Assembly: GCA_965112735.1 (NCBI GenBank)
Contig: OZ218965.1
Coordinates: 124,001 to 188,000, forward strand
Length of the DNA: 64,000 bases
Direction: 5' to 3'
From: Phaeosaccion multiseriatum
Lineage: Eukaryota; Protista; Ochrophyta, other classes
Part shown: one piece after another, positions 57,898-64,000 of the stretch
Layout of the letters: each line of letters starts with the position of its first letter
How positions within the stretch are numbered: the stretch's first letter is position 1
The notes under the pieces: model-generated
What the model saw: the letters and a program-made list of their open reading frames with translations, nothing else
What the model was told of the DNA's origin: nothing
Database searches by the model: none
Made by a program: the position numbers and the translations under genes

Positions 57898-58780
57898 TTA
57901 CGACTTGGAATGTAACGTCGTCAATGCCCTTGCCACCTCGTTGGCCGCTCTTTTGGCGAAGGCAAACAGATCCTCTTGCCGGTCATCGCGGAGACCCGTG
58001 TGTGCACCCACACGCCCCAGCAGGTCCTTCGCAAGCTCATCCGCTGCCTTGAACTTGTCCTTCTCAAGCCAACCCCAATCCCCTCCCTCCCCTTTGCTCC
58101 ACTCTCCCCATGTCTTCTTCACGCAGGGATGGTTGTCTTCTAATTTGCCCGTGTCCCAGCATTCCTCAACCGTCAGCCTGAAGAATAACGGCACCAGCGC
58201 TGCTTCCCCCTTCTCCGCCCTGTCCATGAAGATGTGCATCTCCTGAAGAGGCCACTCTCGGCACACAAAAGACGGACTCAGCACGACCACGCCAATCGGG
58301 GCGGTGTGGGCAGCGTGGAGCATCTTGCGCTCGGCGCGGTCTCCTGCCTCCAGGCTTTTCTCGTCCAAGAAAGTCGAAATTCCTCTCTGCCACAGACATC
58401 TATGCAGCAGAGACACAATGCCCCGCTTCTCCGTCCCGGCGTGGCACAGGAAGACTTGGTACCTCTTATCGTCCCTCGTTTCAATGTCGTAAAGCCCGTC
58501 TCGCGCCTTCTGCAGGCATTCCTTTGAGAGAAGAGAGGGACAAGAGGAATTCGTCGGCATCAGAACACGGATTTCCCCCCCCCCCCTTTTTAACGTTTAT
58601 CTCGCTCCCTCGTACCTGGTACTTGTTGAACAGGTCCACACAAATCTTTCGTGCAACGTTGGCATCATCTCTAAATTTGCCATAGACCCTTGAGAGAAGC
58701 CCCCACAACTGGTTTTTAATCGTGCGGAAAATGTCATAAAAAAAAGTCCAAGAGGAGGCCGAAAGGCCCATCCGTTCCAT
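57898..58780 (-). CDS. Stand-alone TIR-domain protein (two exons, ~262 aa) or truncated ROCO paralogue
   Basis: Exon 58780-58616 (MERMGLSASSWTFFYDIFRTIKNQLWGLLSRVYGKF...FNKYQ|GT) splices in frame to an intact TIR exon 58521-57898 (YQVFLCHAG...WPLQEM), paralogous to 42751-42119. Confidence 0.7.
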
Positions 58781-58903
58781 TCTTGGGTGAGCGACTCGCA
58801 CTACTGTAACGCCTGATTCCTATTAAGTCAAAAGTCCCCCTGTAACGCCTGCAGGACATTCTGTAACTGTTTAGCGTGCCAGCAAGGGTGACAGTCCCGC
58901 CAT

Positions 58904-58970
<67 letters not shown>

Positions 58971-58971
58971 A

Positions 58972-59074
58972 ACATTGCCTTATTACTTTCCCCCAGAACC
59001 TGCTGGAGCAGGAAAAAGGCCGGCAGGCGCCGGCCAGAAGGAACCAGGGTCGCCCCAGAAGCATGTCAGAGGCG
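58972..59074 (-). mobile_element. Truncated, diverged copy of the MITE family at 55502
   Basis: Reverse-complement match to MITE positions ~55502-55608, including one degenerate TIR (cagaagcatgtcagaggcga). Adjacent to an (AG)n tract. Confidence 0.78.
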
Positions 59075-60535
59075 AGGCGAACCTTTAGCACGGCTGTTCT
59101 TCTGTTGTAGACTGTCTGGCACGCGAGCAACTTTGCACACGTTCGGATTAGGTACCAATGGAGGGCATTGCTGCTCATCTCGACTGGCATCTGGCTTAGG
59201 TCGGGCGGTGGAGGCAATGCTGTGTGGGCGGATTCCAACGGCAATCTATGGCATTCTGCCCACGGCGTCTTCTTTCGGCTGTAGGCTCCGCGTCTGCGCA
59301 CTCGTATCGTCCCTGCTGGCCGCGTTGGGGATGGGGTTGTTCAGATGCACCGGTGGGGCTGCGCAACCAGTCCCACGCCTTGTGGGAACTGGCGGTTCGG
59401 ACAAAATGACGGAGCTGGAGGGGAAGGACGTTGTCTGGCATTTTCTCCTGGACACACAGCGTAGGCAAGCCCCTGGCGGAAGAGAGGAGTGCAGTGATCA
59501 GTAGACATAGGGAGAAGCAGACGGCGCAAAGTGGGCAGGAGAACGACGGAGGGGGGGGCAAGGGAGGAGGACGCGGGGCAGCACCGACAGCGACGGCGTG
59601 GCCCCTTTGGGGGGCGGTGCCAACGCGCCACCCAGCGCCCTTGGCGCCGATTGCGGCTCGAACCTCGGAAGCATCGCGCACGGCACGGCCAATGGCAAGA
59701 GGCGCCACAGCACCGGGAGCGGCAGCAGGAGCTGCTCCGTCCAACCGCCGCAGGGAGGGAGGGGGGCAGTGCTGCCAGAGGGCCCATGGAGTGGCATCAT
59801 GGCGTTTTTTCGTGACTCCGGCTCTCTCTGCTGGTAGTGGGGGGCAGCCCCACGCAGCCGGAGGCGCACGTGACACCCGTCAACTGCGTGCTCGTCGACG
59901 TCACCGCGTGGGCGCAGAGTAAGGGTATAGGTTTATGTCCGTCTTGAAGCACTTTTTCACTTTTTCCACCCGCCGGATGGAAAGGGCGCCCTGTTTACCC
60001 TTGCTGACGGGTCTGTGGGCGGTGCTGGCCTCATTGCAGATGGAGGGTCGGCCCCGGAGCCACCTGCCAAGCAGCCGAAGACGGGTGGCGCGCAGAGGAC
60101 AGATGCCCCCCTCCCATGCCGTGGGGTACTGGCAATCGAGTTCGGTCCTTCCGTCATCAAGCGGGCTAGTGAGAGGCTTACTGAGATTTCCAGGGGGGCC
60201 GTAAGCGAAATAGCGCTACCGCTCACTCGCTTGCCGAGCAGAGCGGCGGAAGACGCGAGAGACTCGAGACAGGGGGGCTTGCCTGTCCGTCTTAGAAGGA
60301 GTAGTTCAGTTTTATTGTGTTCATTCTCTTTGATTTTTGATTTAAGATCCTTCATACAAGGTGGATACCTGTTCGCATATCTACACATCCCCCACCCCCT
60401 TCGCCTAAGCCCGCGCGACCAAGGCCGCCGTCCGCGCCCCTCGGCTCCGCCATGCCCATATGCCTCTGCTCTAATGTGCCCATACGCCTCTGCTCGTGAC
60501 TTCCCCCCCCCTTTTTCCTATTGACTATTGGGCCC

Positions 60536-63500
60536 TTACTTGGGCCGGGCCTCGTCCGAGCTGGTGGGTTGGCCTGAGGGCGTTTGTTGGCTTACTGGGG
60601 TGGGCGTTCGCTGACCTGCCGGCCGTTCCTCCTTTACGGGCGGCAGGCACTGCAGCTGATGACCACCCCGGCCCATACACCTCCCGCTGGACTGCCTGCC
60701 TATATGCCTGTCGCCGCTGGGGACGACACTCTCGTGCTTCCCCTGCTGCGGCGTCTCCAAGCGCTCCCCGCTCGGAAGGAGGCTCTCGTCGTTGTCCATT
60801 GAGAGGTGCTGTATGCCCAACTGCTGTACCACCCACTGCTTCGTCTCCCCCCCGTACGGCCCCACTGTTGCCCGCCTCCCTTCCTGCGTCGGTCCCCCGG
60901 TGGGTGCCCCTGCCCCTGACCCATGCAATGCCCTTGCCCCTCCTGCCGCCCCCACCCCCATCAGCGCCTCTACGGAAGGACTGCTCGCAAGAAGAGCGAG
61001 GTTCTCGTGACTGCGGCTTGGAGAGGGGGAGCTGCTGATGGACTTCCTTTGCCTCAGTCTGAGCTTCCTCCTCACCACCCCCCCACCCCCCCCAGCTCCC
61101 TCCTGTGGAGGGCTTTGCGCTGTGAGGGGTCCGCTGAGTGCGAGCTCGAGAAGACCCTTCTCGTGCAACGCGAAACAGGAGCTGCAGCCCCCCAAACAGC
61201 GCCCGTGGCTGAAGAGCTGGGGCACTGGACAAGAGAGGGGGGAGGAGGGAGAGGGGGCGTCAGGGGGAGGGTTTCGATACCACAAACCGCACACCCTCTC
61301 CTTTCATCGGGCCTCGGGGGGCACCGATGGCCCATATGCCTTAGCACTGATGGCCCATATGCCTTAGCACTGATGGCCCATATGACTTAGCACTGATGGC
61401 CCATATGCCTTAGCACTGATGGCCCATATGACTTAGCACTGATGGCCCATATGCCTTGGCACCGATGGCCCATATGCCTTAGCACCGATGGCCCATATGA
61501 CATACCTGTGGCGATGCCAGTCATCTTGGTGAGCTCGAGCTGCAGGGGGACACCCCCCCCGGGGAGCTCGTCGAACTGCCAAAAGAGAGAGCGGAAGAGA
61601 GAGGGAGAGAGAGAGCGACAAACACAGAGGTAGACAGAGAGGGATAGAGAGACACATGAGTAAGGCAGAAAGAGAGAGAACTATTCAGGCGTGTGAGCGA
61701 AGACGATGGCAACCCACGGCCGTACGAGGGGCGTTGGTGGTCCAGACAGTTGTTATCTGTTGCATCGATCCCAAGGGCTCTCTCTCTACATTGTCGCTCC
61801 CAATCTCCCCATTCGCTTGTCTGCCTGCCCCTCCCGAGAAGCTCTCACCTGCACCACAGTGAACTCCACCTTAAGGTTGTGCAGCAAGTCCAACAAGCGG
61901 TTGCTGCGACAAGGAGGGGGGGCGTCGAGAGGAGGGAGTGGGAGTAGGGGTGGTGGGCACAGATACTAAGGAGGACTTGAGGAGGACGAGGTCAGGAGGC
62001 AGGCGAGAGGAAAAGACCCTCTCCACAAGGAGTGCCGAATGGCCAACAACGAGGGCACAAACCTGAAGGAGCAGTAGCTCTTGCCGAACACCACGACGTC
62101 GTTCTTGGCCACTTGCTCCTTCAGCCACCACCGCCATGTGGCCGGGTCCTGACACCAACCAGCGTTTTCACAGAGCAGAAACAAGTGTATGGGCATGAGA
62201 GAGCTGACACCAGCACCACCAAGAGGACTTTGGTCAACCTCCCTCCCGAGCAGCACGTGCTGAGAACGTTCCTCGAGGACATCACCCTCCCCTGAGAATG
62301 TTCTGCGAGGACACCCCCCTCCCCCACAACACCCTGGTGCTGACTGTGGTGGACTGTGGTGGTGACTGTGGGCATCCCTTCGTAGCTACTGGGGGCCATG
62401 GCCAGACAGTCATTAGCTTATTGCGCTGTACCACTCCTCACCTGATCGAGCTCCGCGAGTGTGGCAAATCGGTCCGAAATCTCCTCCCAGCTGCCCCTCT
62501 CGTTCATCACCCACTGCCGCGAGAGGAAGACGGTGGACACACACAAGACACGGGCCGTGAGGAGGGGGAGAGAGAAAGAGAGAGAAAGGGAGGGGGGGGG
62601 GTGGGGGGGGGTTATTATGACGGTACTGAGGAACTGAGGGACTGACTGACTGACTGCCTGACTGACTGACTGACTGACTGCCTGCCTGACTGACTGCCTG
62701 CCTGACTGACTGACTGACTGATTGACTGACCCCTCTCGCGGCGCCCCCCCCCGCACCTGTCTGCCTGCGCTCTGCCGTGTGTCGCTGCCCGGCTGGCTGC
62801 TCTGGTCTGTACTCTGGTCTGGGCTCTCGCTCTCCATGTACTTGACGAGCTTGGGGCCCGAGGTGGACGTGTCCTTATTCTCCGAGTTCTCGATCCACGC
62901 CACGAAGTCCACCTGCGCATGCACACACACACACCCACACACACCCACACACACACACACACACACACGTGCCCGCGGGCGCGACATTCGGCAGTGGAGC
63001 GACAGAGACATACGTCATGAAACGCCATGGCAGGAAGGGTCATGGCGGTAAGAGCTTTGGCGGGAAGGGCTTCGGCGGGAAGGGCTCACGCTCCCCCTAG
63101 TGCTTATCACTCCTCGATGGCCCAACCTGTGTATGCCCAACCTGTGTACGCCCAACCTGTGTATGCCCAAACAACCCCACCCGTGCATGGCCCTGCCCGC
63201 CCCGCTGCTGCCGACAGTTTCACTCACCTTGTGCATGAGCTTCTCTACGGTGAGGGGCACCTTCTGCAGCGAGTCCTCGATCTCCTCCTCGGGCACGAAA
63301 CGGCCCGTCTGCTCGCCGCGCTCCTTAGCCCTTCGAAACACACACTCGCGGTCGGCGAACACGTAGAGAATGGCGATGCGGTAGTGGGGGCGCTTCAAGC
63401 GGATCTGTCGGAACACGATCTGCGCGGGCACAAATACACACACACATACACACACACAGTCAGAAGGGGCCAATGTGCTTCTGTCTGCAGATGGACGGCT

Positions 63501-64000
63501 CTCTCTATCTCTTTCTGTGTGTGTGTGTCCGTCTGTCTCTCGCCCTGCGGCGAGGTGAGTGCGCAGCCCTCATCCGTGGCGACCCCACACACGCACGCAC
63601 GCACGCACCTCATACCACTCTGCATCCCTTAGGCTGCCATCGACCCACACGTTCTTCTGCCTCTCCATGGCAACCTCCTGCGCAGACAGGGGGGGGGAGC
63701 ACGCACGAGGCAGGGGGTAGAGAGCGGCAATGTCAATGTCAATGTCAATGTCAATGTCAATGTCAATGTCAATGTCAATGGCAATGTCAATGTCAATGTC
63801 ACGGGGTCAAGCTTGGGGTCAGCGGCTACAGTGCAAGGTGTCAGGACAGGGAGGGCGTGTCACTGACTACTCACTGAGCTGGCTGACGAACCTATTGACA
63901 GGTTGAATCACTGACTGACTGACTGACTGACTGGGGAACTGGCTGACTCACTGGCCGACCGACCGACTGACTGACTGACTGACTGACTGACTGACTGACT
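60536..64000 (-). CDS. Zeta-toxin-like P-loop kinase / glutaredoxin fusion, 5' part beyond window end
   Basis: Same exon series as 51722-56001, from EVAMERQKNVWVDGSLRDAEWYE to SSDEARPK*, with no lesion noticed. Continues past 64000. Confidence 0.82.
61321..61500. repeat. 23-bp tandem repeat (paralogue of 52538-52650)
   Basis: Tandem cttagcactgatggcccatatgc units. Confidence 0.9.

Larger units (their letters stand above)
56760..64000. repeat. Second unit of tandem segmental duplication (paralogous to ~40978-56760)
   Basis: 56760-58625 matches 40978-42860, and 60209-64000 matches 51342-56440. The middle segments differ. Confidence 0.9.

Overview
Eukaryotic, intron-rich, GC-rich genomic DNA, most consistent with a photosynthetic stramenopile (inferred from brown-algal-type ROCO exon structure and a signal-peptide-bearing proteasome subunit). 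Left to right: a giant VPS13-family gene (minus, 3' end outside the window); an intronless 2-TM Cys-rich orphan; a RING+PHD gene; RPN13; a proteasome beta-4 (PSMB2-like) subunit with a signal peptide, head-to-head with an arginyl-tRNA synthetase carrying WHEP- and GST-like extensions. Next is a compositionally distinct candidate immune locus: an LRR-ROC-COR-TIR gene whose LRRs are ~150-bp exon+intron cassettes (20 intact 72-nt exons, 2 broken ones, mutually homologous introns carrying a dyad), flanked by ~225-bp direct repeats of host DNA. A ~15.8-kb tandem duplication produced a second unit with a two-exon stand-alone TIR ORF and a second copy of a zeta-toxin-like kinase/glutaredoxin fusion gene. 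Also present: a 202-bp MITE with a 6-bp TSD and an empty paralogous site, many micro/minisatellites, and four short oligomers that recur in introns and exons in several frames. No rRNA, tRNA or CRISPR array was recognised. All exon structures were traced by eye from GT-AG boundaries and frame continuity; no database searches were run.
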